A program made the translations under genes and the position numbers. From Eledone cirrhosa (taxonomy: Eukaryota), in assembly GCA_964016885.1 (NCBI GenBank), contig OZ024752.1, forward strand, positions 26,970,001 through 27,034,000: a stretch of DNA of 64,000 nt, written 5' to 3'. This document shows, in pieces, positions 28,339 through 44,009 of this stretch (position 1 is its first letter; every line of letters starts with the position of its first letter). The notes below the pieces were generated by a model that saw only the letters and a program-made list of their open reading frames with translations, did not search any database and was not told where the DNA came from.

Positions 28339-28598
28339 TATATATATATATATATGGGAACGAGTAGGACCCCGACGGCTGAGCTCAAGCCGTTTCGACG
28401 GCTAATTCTGGACTCATACGCATATATATATATGCGTATGTATATACATAGAAGTAGTTCCACAACGGTTAGTTCACCATACTATACATTTGTTCTCGGT
28501 ATGGTTCTATAACTGTTGTGGAACTACTTCTACCAAACTTGTCCCATGGACTGAGAGTGCTCTACTACTACGGATATAACCCTCCAGTCTTCTACTAT

Positions 28599-28654
<56 letters not shown>

Positions 28655-28657
<3 letters not shown>

Positions 28658-28850
28658 CGAAGGAAATGTGGTAAGGAACCAGGTGGACCATAACGCACCA
28701 AAGTACTCAATACTTGAGGTAGTAGAGTGGGTAATAGGAACCAGTAAGACCCCGACAGCTGAGCTCAAGCCGCCTCGACGGCCAACTCTGGTCCAGAGTT
28801 GGCCGTCGAGGCGGCTTGAGCTCAGCTGTCGGGGTCTTACTGGTTCCTAT
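28655..28850. mobile_element. Fold-back insertion family F5 (other pieces at 12530-12670, 28357-28420, 50247-50390, 55080-55200)
   Basis: Perfect arms about 28735-28850 centred near 28792; family carries the 3' half of a hammerhead (GAAA-CGGCT..AGCCG-TC-GGGGTC). Confidence 0.7.
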
Positions 28851-28953
28851 ATATATATATATATATATATATTTGTATGTATATATATATATATCTATGT
28901 ATGTATATATATATATTTGTATATATATATATATATTTGTATGTATATATATT

Positions 28954-29018
<65 letters not shown>

Positions 29019-29128
29019 TTAGGTTAGTAGGAGTTAGGTATTATATAATAATTAGCTCTATGCTTTGGAGCAGAGCCGTATATATGAAAAAGAACACAAG
29101 AGCGTCTACAACATCAAAAGATTTTTAT

Positions 29129-29179
29129 TGGCTAACAATATTTCTTCCTTACGTGTAACCGTAGGATTCATCAGAGCTA
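29129..29179 (-). ncRNA. Hammerhead ribozyme
   Basis: GCT-CTGATGA-A-TCCTACG..CGTAAGGA-A-GAAA-TATTG-TT-AGC then AATAAA. Confidence 0.7.
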
Positions 29180-29347
29180 TAAAAGGGGTTTGATTGGTGT
29201 TATGGACTCTACCAACCAAACACCCAAGAACAAAGAGTAAAGAGAGTAAAGAGCAAAAGTAGGGGACGATAAGTCTAATTTGTATGTATATATATGTGTA
29301 TGTATATATATATGTATATATATATACATATATAGATACTAATTCAA

Positions 29348-29402
29348 ACTGCCTGAAGAGGTCACAGCCAAAGATGGCTGTCACTGAAATATATATAGCA
29401 GT
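29348..29402 (+). ncRNA. Minimal hammerhead ribozyme
   Basis: ACTGC-CTGAAGA-GGTCACAGCCA(AAGA)TGGCTGTCACT-GAAA-TATATA-TA-GCAGT then AATAAA. Confidence 0.87.
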
Positions 29403-30000
29403 AATAAACGAAGCTAAATTTTAATCATTTGACTTTTATTTAACTTTATTTTATGTATATATATATATATATATAAATTTGTATATATATATATATAATT
29501 ATATAAAATACACATATCATTTTTCCCTAAACATTTTTCGATACTAATCTTTGGCCGGTAGTGAACATGAGTTTAGAGGACAGTGCATGTTATTTGGGTT
29601 TAGTCCAAGGTCAGTCCGGATCGAATAGATCTATAATCGAAGACATTCCATGATCGACCCGTCTCTTATATAAAGAGCGCGGTCTGAAGAAAAAGAAAAT
29701 TAAACATGATAGCCACGTTTGTCCTGAGGCTAATCATTTACAACCTGCGACTCAAAAAGGAAATCGATACAACCAACGAAAGAGTGATATTTTCTTCTGT
29801 TGCTCGACTTTCCAGAAATAATAGATCAATCCCTGTCATATCACATACTATCAACTTAATCAAAAAGAAAATTTAAATTATATTATTTTAGATATACAAT
29901 ATGTGAAATTAAACGGGATACTCGTGTTTGGATCACAGTTCAAAGACATTTTTGTTACTATTGATAAAGAACATTTATAATATGTCATCGTTGCGACGAT

Positions 30001-30205
30001 TATGATGATAATGATGATGAGGATGGAAAAGAAGTTGATGATGATGGTAATTATGAGGATGATGTTTATAATAATAATGACGATGATGATGATGATGATG
30101 ATGATGGATTTGAAGATGATGATGATGATCATCATCATCATCATGGAGAAGATGAATTTGATGACGATGATGATGATGATGATGATGATGGTGATGGAGG
30201 ATATG
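30001..30205. repeat. Degenerate (GAT)n microsatellite
   Basis: Direct reading. Confidence 0.9.
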
Positions 30206-30814
30206 TTTTAAAACTTAACTATACTTTACTACTTGTATTTGACATAATGGTTCAGATCTTTGAATTATTCTGTCTGGAAGAAAGCTGACATCTAGCACAG
30301 TGGGACCCTATCTGCTCATAATACAGAGAGATCGGGAGGTCGAGAGAGATGAAGCCGGACTCCCAATGTCATCGGGAGAGCCGGACTCCCGATGACATTG
30401 GGAGTCCGGCTCTCCCGTGTGCCAGTTTAATCTAAAACTTTAAATGTGAGAATCTTCTTCATCTTGTCAGATGATAGTGGACGAGTAAATATATTAATTT
30501 AATTTTATCAGAAAAAATATTCTTTTGAAAAGTTTTTGTTTTACAAAGAATTAGAAAATAACAAGCACAACATCCTATAAAACACCAAATGACAATGACC
30601 GAATAATGTGTATTAAAATTATTTTATATTCCTCGGAGTAGACACGGTGGTTATACAATATACCAAATAGTAGGTAGATCACACCATAACTTTGTATGGG
30701 ATCAAATCAGTAACACTTTTGAGGGTAAGCTTAAACGTTCACATACTGACTCTGAATGAGTGATGCTAGAGCTGTCAAATCTTGCATGCATTAATTTCAA
30801 TTCTCCTTTTAAAT

Positions 30815-30960
30815 AACTGTTTTGTCTCCTTCCAGGGACTACAGTATTTAGATAAATGCTTTGTTTCCTTTCAGGGTCTATGCTGTTTAGGTAAATGCTT
30901 TGTTTGTTTCCTTGGTCTATGGTGTTTAGATAAATGCTTTGTTTCCTTCCAGGGACTATA
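30815..30960. repeat. Minisatellite, ~39-bp unit, 3-4 copies
   Basis: TTTAG(A/G)TAAATGCTTTGTTT repeated. Confidence 0.8.
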
Positions 30961-31328
30961 AACTTCATTTGGTGATTCCATGAGAGTATCTTGGTCAGAC
31001 TATGAACTTTCGCATATATATCTGTCAACAATATATCTAATATTAAAGTTAGAAATGCCGCTGGGATCGACCAAATATATACTAATCAAATACTGGGTCA
31101 ATTAATTCTACTATAACCATTATTCTTATAAGTTATAGCTGTGTAGTTAAGAAGTTCGCTTCGCAACAACTTGTCTCAAGTTTAATATCATTGGGCACAA
31201 CCATGAGTAAGTATCTTCGACTACAGCCACGACTTGACCAGATCAAGTTTTTCTGGTCCCAATTTTTTAAATACATATATATAGCGCTTTTGTTCCGTGC
31301 ATGAACATAAATAAGTAATATAATATAA

Positions 31329-31517
31329 TTGTTTCTACTTTTGGCACAAGGTCAGCAATTACCCAGTGCATTACTGGTACTATGTTTTATCGACCCCGTG
31401 AGGATGAGAGGCAAAATTAACCTCGACGGGATTTGAACTCAGATCATATAGGGAGGTAACTCTATGCTTCAAAGCATGGCGTCCGACCCTCTAACGATAC
31501 TGCCACTCCACCGCCCT
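31329..31517 (-). mobile_element. SINE family A, full length
   Basis: Reverse complement of the consensus, ending ..ACTCCACCGCCC. Confidence 0.85.
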
Positions 31518-31599
31518 AATGATAATTAATATAATATAATATTATATATATAATATAATATAATATTATATATATGTATATATATATGTATATAGAAGT

Positions 31600-32045
31600 G
31601 CCCTCTCCCAGTTTTCCACCTTTAATTTACAAGCATATACTCAGAGGCCCATTCACTCGGGTCATTCTTGCCTCTCTCACCCATCTTTCAACAAAATGCT
31701 GGGAAGAGAGCACTTCCCTCTTTACCCTGATTTTCCTTTTCAAATGAAATTTGAAAAAGTTAATCAGAGCATCACCGAAGAGGTAAGTGCTTGTCTTCAG
31801 CCCTTTCAAACGCGTCCACCATACTATCTCTTTCACCATGGCCACCAAACAGATAAAAAATGCCTGCCCTTCCCGGCTAAAGGAAGGGGCGGGGAAATCC
31901 TCACGATGGACTCAGCTGATAGCCGGATCTGTCCTACACGCGACAGCAGGTGTTCGACATAAACCCACAAGTAAGCAATGCTCGAACACTGGACGAGTGC
32001 GGGCAGGATGGTTTCGTGCAGGACGAGTGGGTGCAGGACGGTGAA
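31600..32045 (-). pseudogene. L1/Tx1-like LINE ORF2 C-terminal fragment
   Basis: ETILPALVQCSSIAYLWVYVE (ETxxHxxxxC..W zinc-knuckle tail) followed by VAMVKEIVWWTR..FVERWV. Confidence 0.6.
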
Positions 32046-32049
32046 CGAA

Positions 32050-32466
32050 TACATATTCTAATGAGATTACGCAATAGCGATTGCCTAAACTCAAGAAATG
32101 AATTCTTCACACGTTGTCCACACATCTGGAAACAGTTCTTTCATAACTACAAAGCTCCGGATTGAATTACAACAATATCCCAATTTTCTTATCAACTAGA
32201 AACTTTCGGACCTTCGCAGTTATCTCCCTTACACCTCTCGCACGCAATTTAGCATTGCCTGAGTTAAGTGACCGTTTCAGCGCATGTGCGTTCGTACGGT
32301 TGTCCTTCCTGTTCCGTATAACCATGTCCATTAGGAGCTGAGGATACGCTAAGGTGAAACAATTGTTCTCGGTATGGTGAACTAACTGTTGTGAAACCAC
32401 TTCTACCTAACTCGTCCCATGGACTGAGTGCTCTACCACTACGGATATTACCTTCCAGTGTTCTAC

Positions 32467-32471
<5 letters not shown>
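32050..32471 (+). mobile_element. 3' end of a third PLE-type family (F4): ORF terminus plus UTR with hammerhead at 32335-32370
   Basis: DCLNSRNEFFTRCPHIWK..* resembles the LNxRxE..xCxH terminus of PLE GIY-YIG proteins; GAG-CTGAGGA..GAAA-CAATTG-TT-CTC; ends in (TA)n. Confidence 0.68.
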
Positions 32472-32531
<60 letters not shown>

Positions 32532-32624
32532 GTACGAGGTGAGTTTTATTGTAGCACAATAAAGCAATGCAAATATCGGATAAGTAGCACACTACAGTTT
32601 ATAGGACTGGAGTATAAATAATAA

Positions 32625-32945
32625 AAGATCAAAAGATGGTTAAAAGAGTTCCAAGTATTTTATTATGCGCATTTCAAAAACAAATATCATCATGGGATGA
32701 TATCTGCGTTCTCATCAGATAAAATAGGGAGACATGATATGAAGCTTAAAAAACACTTGTGAGCAGTGAAGTTTTAAATCAACATATGTTGATTTAAAAC
32801 TTCACTGCTCACAAGTGTTTTTTAAGCTTCATATCATGTCTCCTTATTTTATCTGATGAGAACGCAGATATCATCCCATGATGATATTTGTTTTTGAAAT
32901 GCGCATAATAAAATACTTGGAACTCTTTTAACCATCTTTTGATCT

Positions 32946-32946
<1 letters not shown>
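32625..32946. repeat. Spacer-less 322-bp palindrome with two intact hammerheads (32656-32726 minus, 32845-32915 plus)
   Basis: Centre AACAT|ATGTT at 32785/32786; TATTTTAT-CTGATGA-..GCAGATATCATC(CCAT)GATGATATTTGT..-GAAA-TGCGCA-TA-ATAAAATA. Confidence 0.92.
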
Positions 32947-32997
<51 letters not shown>

Positions 32998-33747
32998 TTT
33001 GCCAATTCAATGACTCTACCAACATAGTTTCTTCTATGAGCTTGACTGGTCTCGGATCAGTCAAAGACTGTTGCTTCTGACGGGACCAACTGGAAGGAGT
33101 GTTTGTGAAGAATAATTTGAAGTTCTTACTATTATATCCTCCTGTGTTTTCGTAAAATTCTGACATCAACTACTGAGATAGTTTTTTTTTCTCAAATTCT
33201 AGAAATGCCATTGATATTTTCCTTGTGTAAGTTGATCTTGTGTAACTTGACAAGTCTTTTTCTTTCCAGTTTTTGTTATAATTTGTCATTTATTTTATCA
33301 TATTTCACTGACATATTTCCCCTTCAGTGTCTACATTCTCCTTCTACCCCGATCTATCTATCTATATATCTATCTATCTATGGGCCTTCACTCTACATCA
33401 GACTATAGGTGAGGAAGATGAAAAACCAAGGGAGCACCCCCTCTCTGTGCTCCCGAGGAAAAGGGTTGCACACTTTTTTTCGGGGGTGTGTGCGACCCCC
33501 CCCCCCCCCCCAAGGCGCCTCCTCTCTATTGAGGACTTTGTTATAAATTTTATTTTTTGTTATATTTTATTTTATTTTTATATATTGTTATTGCCTCCTC
33601 CCTATTGAGGACGCCTTGTTTTGTAAACTCCCCCCATTGTACTTGTCCCACTTTTGATGCCCTGGTGGCAAATAAAAGAAACATATCTATCTATCTATCT
33701 ATCTATCTGCCTGCCTTCAATTCTGTCTGTCTGTCCCCCCTCTCTCT

Positions 33748-33787
<40 letters not shown>

Positions 33788-34177
33788 ATTCTGTCTAGCT
33801 AGCTATTATATCTAGTCCGAATATCTAACTATCTCAGCAGTTCATCTTCCTGGATTGATATTATATTTATCGACACGGAAAGGTTGACCTCGGCAAAATT
33901 TGAACTCAAAGCGAAGAAAGCAGGATGAAAGATATTAACCTCGACTGACTAACGTCTTTGTTTATTCAGTGCCTTTAACGATGTGTCTCAGTTATCTATT
34001 TACTTATCTGTAGAGATAATATTGGCCCGTTATTTGCTGGTGATTATCTCCATAGTGATAAAAGAACAAAGAACCATTTTAGTCGGTGAATAAGCTTCTA
34101 TGTGTTCCCACAAACTGCTAGAAATAGAACCTAAATATATCTCAGCAAGCTGAAAATACAATTCATTCATATAAACA

Positions 34178-34367
34178 TTGGTGGATTGGCAGTATCAGGA
34201 GAGGGTTGGACGCCATGCTTTCCAGCATAGAGTTATGTACCTCTACGGACCGAGTTCAAATCCCGCCGAGATCAACTTTGCCTTTCATCTTTATGGGGTC
34301 GATAAAATAAATTACCTGTAATGTACTGGGTAATTACTAGCCTTGTGCCAAAAGTAGAAACAATTAT
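34178..34367 (+). mobile_element. SINE family A
   Basis: Matches consensus. Confidence 0.82.
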
Positions 34368-34643
34368 TCTTAAAGGCGTCAATTATTCTTAAACGCGTCC
34401 AAATTTAAGACATAGGAGGACTTTGGAGTAAAGTTGGAATCTAATTTCAGATCAGCAAATAAAGTTTTTCTGGCAGACCATCCGGCGTCTTCGTAATACT
34501 AAATCCTCCTCCACCGTGAACGCGTCTGGGGTTCTCCTCTCTTCAGAGAGGGGCATTCGTCCGAGATAAAGAGAATATAAACATCATGTCTGATAAAAGA
34601 TGGGGTGGTCACAATTGGGGCGCATTTCACCATTGGTTTATAT

Positions 34644-35206
34644 CAGCGGTTGCCAAGCTTTTGGACTCCACGGACCACTAAATTTATAATTTCAAATCCC
34701 GTGGATCACTAATATGAATTAATGGTCAATGGTCGAAACAATACTGAAGCATATGTGTCATATTGTAGATAGATGATACATATGTGTAAAGTTCTTTCAT
34801 GGATGTTAGTTCTTTACCGAGAAACATTTTGTAGGGGTGTTATAATATATATTTTAACCGAATATTATTTTTGTTTTATTATTAATAAAACATAGGGCGG
34901 TGGATTGGCAGTATCTGTAGAGAGTCGGACACCATGCTTTGCAGCATAGAGTTACGTCCCTTTATGATCTGGGTTCAAATGCCACCGAGGTTAACTTTGC
35001 CTTTCATCCTTACAGAGTCGATAAGATAAAGCACCTGTAGCGAACTGGGGTCGATTTAATCGACTCCCCCCACCCCCAAAAATAATTGCTGGCCTTGTGC
35101 CTATACTAAAAATCATTATTAATAAAACATAAAAATTGCAAGTAATGTCCACATTTCTCTGCGGACCTCCAAATGTTTCTCTTGGATAACCGGTTGGCGA
35201 CCGCTG
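34644..35206. mobile_element. hAT-type MITE interrupted by a SINE
   Basis: TIRs CAGCGGTTGCCAA / TTGGCGACCGCTG; 8-bp TSD GTTTATAT / CTTTATAT. Confidence 0.78.
34895..35114 (+). mobile_element. SINE family A nested in the MITE
   Basis: 17-bp TSD ATTATTAATAAAACATA at 34878-34894 and 35115-35131. Confidence 0.88.
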
Positions 35207-35559
35207 CTTTATATTACATTCATGACATGGGATGCAACAGTTTAAAAACAAAGATCAACATTTATGAGCCGAAGTCTGATTTAGTAGGATTAGCAAGCAA
35301 GTCTTTCCAATACTTGCAATAACGACTTAAAAAGCAAAGTCATGTTGGGTAACATGATAGTTGCAGGTCAAATCTAAAAAATTAAATCATACATCACCTC
35401 GACTGAGGTTTACTCGACATTGAGTTAAACGATAACAACTACAACAATAACAACACCATTAACGACAATCCAAACACTTTTGTTGTCCTATGAAAATGTG
35501 AATAACGCAAATTGTAGTTCATTAACATAGTTGTGAACAACAGGAGTGTAAAAGAAATT

Positions 35560-35591
35560 ATATATATATATATATATATATTTAATACACA

Positions 35592-35622
<31 letters not shown>

Positions 35623-36129
35623 TTGTATATATATATATATATGTAAGTATATGAATATGTATATATATGCATATATATGTATATATATATCTAAGTATAT
35701 GAATATGTATGTATATATATGTATATATATGTATATATATATACATATATGTATATGAATATGTATGTATATATATGTATATATATATGTATATATATAT
35801 GTATATATATATGTATGTGTATGTGTATATATATATATGTTTGTATATATATATATATGTTTGTATATATATGTGTCTTTGTATATATATATATATATGT
35901 TTGTATATATATATATGTTTGTATATATATATATATGTTTGTATATATATGTTTGTATATATATATATGTATGTATATGTATATATAAATGTTTGTATAT
36001 ATATATATATATGAGTGTGTGTATATGTATATATATGTGTGTGTGTGTATATGTATGTATATGTGTGTGTGTGTATATGTATGTATATGTGTATGTATAT
36101 ATATATATGTAAGTATATGAATATGTATA

Positions 36130-36160
<31 letters not shown>

Positions 36161-36185
36161 GAATATGTATGCATATATAAATGTT

Positions 36186-36232
<47 letters not shown>

Positions 36233-36747
36233 ATGTATGTATATGTGTATGTATGTATATATATATATGTAAGTATATGAATATGTATGTATATATATGT
36301 ATATATATGTATATGAATATGTATGTATATGAATATGTATGTATATATATGTATGAATATGTATATATATGTATATATATGTATATATATGTATATATAT
36401 GTATATATATATATACATGTATGTATATGAATATGTATGTATATATATGTATGAATATGTATATATATGTATATATATGTATATATATATGTATATATAT
36501 GTATGTGTATGTGTATATATATATGTTTGTATATATATATGTTTGTATATATATATGTATATATATGTATGTGTATGTGTATATGTTTGTATATATATAT
36601 GTTTGTATATATATATATGTTTGTATATATATGTGTTTGTATATATATATATGTTTGTATATGTATATATATATATGTTTGTATATATATATATATATAT
36701 ATATGTTTGTATATATATATATGTATGTATATGTATATATAAATGTT

Positions 36748-36782
<35 letters not shown>
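35560..36782. repeat. Compound (TA)n/(TG)n microsatellite
   Basis: Direct reading; source of spurious IY-repeat ORFs. Confidence 0.95.
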
Positions 36783-36785
<3 letters not shown>

Positions 36786-37002
36786 GAAAGAGAGGAAAAT
36801 ACATAATAATAAGAGATTGAGATAAGGAGCTGAGGATGAAAATAAATAAAAGAATAAGAGAGAAAATATGTGGACAAAAACAACAAGAAACACATGTGAA
36901 AGCTAACATAACCAGAAGTGGGACATATACAGAGCATTGACGACATGGGAGAACATATAAACAGAACTCGTAAGTGGTGTAGCACAATAAAACTAAACAC
37001 TT

Positions 37003-37055
<53 letters not shown>

Positions 37056-37107
37056 TGTGTGTATATTTATATATATATATGTTTACACACACAAACTTAT
37101 ATATATG

Positions 37108-37201
<94 letters not shown>

Positions 37202-37436
37202 AATAATAATAAATGTGAAGACTAAAATCCAAAGAGGGCTCGATAAGGATAAATATATATCAAATATATAAGAACCGTAGAGCAAATATTTATTAAAATA
37301 ACAGATTAAAGTTTAAGCAAAGAATCGCTGCTTTCACCCTTAATGGGATCTTCTGAAACTAACAAAGTCAATCTGTAAACGCAGAAGTGGATATTTCAAA
37401 AACCGTTGCAAAAACTTTAATCTGTTACTTTAATAA

Positions 37437-37471
<35 letters not shown>

Positions 37472-37530
37472 TATATATGAATGTATGAATATATATATAT
37501 ATACATGTATGTCTATTTTTGTAACCAAGG

Positions 37531-37595
<65 letters not shown>

Positions 37596-37599
<4 letters not shown>

Positions 37600-37651
37600 G
37601 TAAGTATGTATGTATACGTACAAACATATATGTATACAGACGCACAGTAGC

Positions 37652-37686
<35 letters not shown>

Positions 37687-38359
37687 CAGGCACACATATA
37701 TATATGCACGTATCAGTTTACCGAACATTTATTATAATGTTCGCTTTGTTCGTTTGTAAACAAACGAACAGCCTGATTTACGCCGTACAGTGTTCAGGCC
37801 ACCACGTCACCTTTTTGTTCAACACTGACACAGGAACGATGTACTAGTTTCAAGCTTGTTAGCTATCGTCAGCACCGTATACCTTTCTGCCAGATGGTTG
37901 AACGTCCGAAAGTATATATTTTCCCTATGAAAATTAACGGCTGAGCAGCCTAATTTGCATGTCGAGTGAGTTCAGTCGACCAGGCGCACCGAAAACGATA
38001 AATGGAATAGAATGAAACGAAATTTCATTTCTCACTCTTAGTACGGCACTTACTTAAATGAAAGTATGTATGTATACGTACATACATATATGTATACAGA
38101 CGTACAGTAGCATGTATATATATATATATATATATATACATACAGGCACACATATATATATGCACGTATCAGTTTACCGAACATTTAATATAATGTTCGC
38201 TTTGTTCGTTTGTAAACAAACGAACAGCCTGATTTACGCCGTACAGTGTTTAGGCAACCAAGTCACCTTTTTGTTCGTTTGTTTACAAACGAACAAAGCG
38301 AACATTATAGTAAATGTTCGGTAAACTGATACGTGCATATATATATGTGTGCCTGTATG

Positions 38360-38416
<57 letters not shown>

Positions 38417-38518
38417 GCTACTGTACGTCTGTATACATATATGTAAGTACATATACATACATACTTACATTTAAGTAAGTGTCGTACTAAGAGTGAGAAA
38501 TGAAATTTCGTTTCATTC

Positions 38519-38522
<4 letters not shown>
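37596..38522. mobile_element. Retrozyme-like R2: ~1.5 tandem units (minus) plus inverted arm; hammerhead at 37835-37878 (minus)
   Basis: AAATG(T/A)AAGTATGTATG at 37596 and 38056 (period 460); strand switch near 38272. Confidence 0.78.
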
Positions 38523-38552
<30 letters not shown>

Positions 38553-38554
<2 letters not shown>

Positions 38555-38928
38555 GAAATGAATACAAAGTGTTTAAAACCATTAAAACAAGTTTATATAA
38601 TTGTGCACCTACGTACGTTTCGCCCTTAGCGGGCTTATCAAGGGCATGGAAAGCAAAATAATGTTCAATATAGGTCCCAGGAGAGAATATACGGTTAAAT
38701 TAACATCATCATTCATTTTCTCCGTGCATGTGTTTTTATTATCACACAGCCCTGCTCGGAGAAAATGAATGATTATGTTAATTTAACCGTATATTCCCTC
38801 CTGGGACCTATATTGAACATTATTTTTCTTTCCATGCCCTTGATAAACCGGCTAAGGGCGAAACGTACGTAGGTGCACCATTATATAAACATGTTTTAAC
38901 GGTTTTAAAATCTTTGTATTCATTTCCT
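38553..38928. mobile_element. Fold-back insertion with two U3-A8 hammerheads (38604-38646 minus, 38835-38877 plus)
   Basis: TGCCC-TTGATAA-GCCC(GCTAA)GGGC-GAAA-CGTACG-TA-GGTGCA. Confidence 0.83.
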
Positions 38929-39104
38929 TTATTATCGCTTTTCTTATTTTTTCTCGCTCACTAAATATTGACGCCTCTAATATTTAACCGTGTAGGCACG
39001 AGTATTGAGCACACATGCATAAACTATTGGCAACTAAATATATGTAACGACCATATTTCCATTCTCTTCTCTCTCTCGATACCTAATCATTCTCTCTCTC
39101 TCTC

Positions 39105-41879
<2,775 letters not shown>

Positions 41880-41952
41880 CATATATATATATGTATATAT
41901 TTATATATATATATATATATATACGTATATATATATATATACATATGTATAC

Positions 41953-42300
<348 letters not shown>

Positions 42301-42324
42301 ATATATATATACATATATATATAT

Positions 42325-42541
<217 letters not shown>

Positions 42542-42542
42542 C

Positions 42543-42602
<60 letters not shown>

Positions 42603-42612
42603 ATAGATATAT

Positions 42613-42643
<31 letters not shown>

Positions 42644-42644
42644 C

Positions 42645-42691
<47 letters not shown>

Positions 42692-42726
42692 TTATAAGAA
42701 TCAAAGAACTGTTCAAAACACTTTTA

Positions 42727-42773
42727 TGCTTACAACTGTTTCCTCCAAACCCAGGTTTGGATTCTTCGGAGCA
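42727..42773 (-). ncRNA. Minimal hammerhead ribozyme, C4 variant
   Basis: TGCT-CCGAAGA-A-TCCAAACC(TG)GGTTTGGA-G-GAAA-CAGTTG-TA-AGCA. Confidence 0.78.
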
Positions 42774-44009
42774 ATTTATTATTGAATGAACACTTATATG
42801 ACCTCCTTTTCACCCAAGAGACATACAGATACATATGCAAATATTGTGGGTCAACATTCATTACAGCATTTAGTGTGGCAGTACACATTTAGAGATTACA
42901 TTCATATTAAAAGATACAATCAAAAATACAGGTTAATTAAGCAGTTATAGAGTGCAATAGTTATACATGTGGCAAGCACGTGCGTCTTGTTTATATATTG
43001 TGGCAGAGAGTTACGTGTAATAGAAGCACTTAAGCTGGTAATCAAGAGTGTTAAGGGGGTTGATCTGGTAATGAATTCTTTATATGATTGTTATAGCCTG
43101 TGCGTGGAGAAATAATATAAGCATTAAAAATAATGTAAGCATTAAAAATATAAGCATTAAAAATATTGGAAATGCGTAGCGAAGCGATGATATGGATTTC
43201 ATGCACTGCGACATTTTCATAGTCCGGGGAGCGTATATTTCAGATTATATGCCCCTCACATAATCCACGACGATTCGATATTGGGCGTTTGACAATCCTC
43301 TTAGAGAATCGTAGTCTGATGTTCTTTAGCTCAATACAGCAGGTTCTTACGTTGCGAGAATCGACATCGAAATATTACCCGGAAGTGTGTGTGTGGCTAA
43401 GGGGAGTTAATGCATGAGGGGAGGTAACTCAGTGGTTTCTATTACTAACTATTAAATTGTGTCTCAAAATAGTCCCTAACTTCTATGGTTATGCGCAGTT
43501 TCTACAAATTTAATGTGTCTTAACTATAAAGTAGTCTATTAAGCTGTGCTGAAGGTGTTCATATTATGGTGATTATCCTCCATCGTAGAGTGCCACAAAT
43601 GAATATTTTACACGACGAGCGAGATTTCTAAATTAATGATCATTGTGATTGTAGTCTACTCATCGAACCAGGCAAGGTGATTCCAGAATCACTTCAACAC
43701 ACAATGATCCCTGGTAAGTTCCGGGTCAGTGCATGTTATATTGGATGTCGAAAGATAACTATCACTAGGGTAGACCAGAGGTCAATCCACACTCCTCATG
43801 TCACTAATCTGACCATCAAATCATACATAAATATATGTACAACCCATACGCCACTTGCAATACATTCACTGCACTCAGCATACCGGTCGTACAGCTCATC
43901 AACGTTCCTAGATTAATAAGTCTTCCATTTATCCAACGATGGCACTTCTTCCGCATAGCACCAACAATACAATCAATTCAATGCTTAAATTTTACATTAA
44001 CTATAAATA

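Noticed and set aside
30002-30211. Met-rich or Ile-rich ORFs
   Set aside because: Translation of a (GAT)n microsatellite
43677-43916. ACYIGCRK as an N-terminal GIY-YIG domain
   Set aside because: No upstream GIY/VY motif or downstream R/H/E/N residues; probably chance
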